Source of the DNA: Octopus sinensis
Taxonomy: Eukaryota
Assembly (NCBI RefSeq): GCF_006345805.1
Contig: NC_043013.1
Location: 31,372,001 to 31,436,000 of the forward strand
Length of the DNA stretch: 64,000 bases
Direction of reading: 5' to 3'
A program made the position numbers and the translations under genes. Shown one piece after another: positions 62,121-64,000 of this stretch (the stretch's first letter is position 1; each line of letters starts with the position of its first letter). Under the pieces are notes generated by a model, which searched no databases, was not told where the DNA came from, and saw nothing but the letters and a program-made list of their open reading frames with translations.

Positions 62121-62991
62121 TCTGTTTTGGTTTTAGATTTTTAGCATGTGTGCCGCACAGAAATTTGATCTATCGCCTTGTCAGTACCTAGGACGTAAAA
62201 ACCCACTGTGTGCTCTTGGAAGCAATTGACTAATGATTGACAGCTAGCCATTTCATATATCACACCGGTCTTAGTTCAATGATTGCTTGAAAGATACACT
62301 GATAATACATGCCTTTGTATTACACCACTTGTCCTATTGACTTTTCTAGGAGGAAACACTTAGAAAAGGAAGCAAAATATTTTCTGACGTATATGTACAA
62401 ACCTCTGTAATTTTTCTTTGTAATGACTCTTGATTATTCGTTACAAATTAGGTTTAACGAGTAACATTGGAATAAGACATCACACTCGATGTCATACTTG
62501 TAGTTGGCCGCAATTAGAGAAATTGTTCATATTTCTGCGAGGTGCAGACATTTCTATGTACTTATACACTTATTAGCAGTACTTATTCCGCTTATTTTAT
62601 TTACAAAATTTAAGGTATTGCTCATAAAGCTTTGGAAACCATGTCCGAAATTCTTGGGGACCAGAAGATAGAGATGACATGTTAGTTCTCAGGTATAATA
62701 AGCGTTGCATTTTATAAGATACAAAATATTTTCTTCTCTCTTTAAACTGGAGGTTATGCAAAAGCATCAAAGCGTAATGATTCAATATTAAATAAGTTTC
62801 TGTAAGTACAGTAATCAGATTTGTCTACGCTTCGCTATATTTTGGAACGTATTCATTCTCGCTAAAACACAATTATTAAAATAACAGCAACAATTGTATT
62901 AACAATGATAATAATAATATATCATAAATTATTCATAAGCTCATGTATAGAAAGAGAAATCCTATTCATAGCTTAATATTTAATAATGTCA

Positions 62992-63222
62992 AAGCGGCGA
63001 GCTGGCTGAATCGTTAGCACGCCGGGAGAAATGCTTAGCGTTATTTTGTCTGCCATTACGTCCAGAGTTCAAATTCTGCCGAGACCGACTTTGCCTCTCA
63101 TCCTTTCGGGGTCGATTAAATAAGTGCCACTTACGCACTGGGGTCAATGTAAACGACAAAAATCCTTTTGTCTGCCCTTGTTTGTCCCCTCTGTGTTTAT
63201 CGCCCTATGGGCAATAAAGAAA
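62992..63222 (+). mobile_element. First-family SINE, single unit
   Basis: GCGGCGAGCTGGCTGAATCGTTAGCACGCCGGG...CATCCTTTCGGGGTCGATTAAATAAG. Confidence 0.85.
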
Positions 63223-63833
63223 TGAATATTTAATAATGCTATTTATGAAATTACAACATTGCTATAAGTTTGTATAAGAATATAATTATAATCTTCGTAA
63301 CGTAGAACTATTAAAAAATATTCAGTTTGACCAACTGATTAACTACACATCTATAATCTATATCCGCTGCTTTAAATTTGGACATATTTTTTTTATTTCA
63401 ACAGAAAAATATCCGAAACGAATCCATACTATTTTATCAAGTGGGTTTGGATCGACGCAAATGTATAACATATACTAACTGAAAATGGTGTGAGGTGGAC
63501 TCAGATATCGAATTTGTGACTGTGACGCAAATTTCCCGGTCAAATATAAAACAATATAATATAAGTTGGCTATTATGTTTCAACATAAGTATTTACAACG
63601 TTGCATTTAAATAAACAATATTATTGTTATTATTATTATTACAATCAAAATCATGAATATAACTGAAGGAAGTGATAACTAAACTTCTTGAAATGTCTAG
63701 CAGCTTTTTGATTTATTAAACTGTTAAATGGAATAGTAGTGGTTCTCGATTATTGAACTAAATCATCCGTCGTATCTAGTTTGTCGTTGAGATGTTTAGA
63801 CGTGTATTTATGTAGAAGATGCGGGTCGAGGCA

Positions 63834-63944
<111 letters not shown>

Positions 63945-63967
63945 CATATATACATATATACATATAT

Positions 63968-64000
<33 letters not shown>

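Overview
Very AT-rich eukaryotic DNA, dense in microsatellites. The SINE families and repeat landscape point to an octopus (coleoid cephalopod) genome; this is an inference. There is one intact protein-coding region: an intronless allatostatin-A/galanin-type class A GPCR at 51378-52484 (+), with a splice acceptor and two uORFs just upstream, so its non-coding 5' exon(s) probably lie further left. The rest is repeats: about 15 tRNA-derived SINE copies or fragments (some multimeric), decayed Tc1, CR1-like and R4/Dong-like elements, one textbook non-autonomous Helitron, a ~270 bp foldback element, a 5S rRNA relic, and Penelope-like element (PLE) RT and GIY-YIG remnants. The main signal, invisible in the ORF track, is a set of type I hammerhead-ribozyme-like motifs from about five small-element families, found and folded by eye. 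They include (i) a minimal CUGUNGA-core variant in three copies, (ii) a perfect 134 bp palindrome encoding a hammerhead on each strand, (iii) a long-stem-II family in two copies with complementary lesions, (iv) a tRNA-headed SINE with a hammerhead in its tail, and (v) a canonical core downstream of a GIY-YIG remnant. Six motifs cluster at 45.1-48.6 kb, 3-6 kb upstream of the GPCR coding exon, and most of their host elements end at (TA)n tracts. No computation or database search was run; folds and family names need confirmation.
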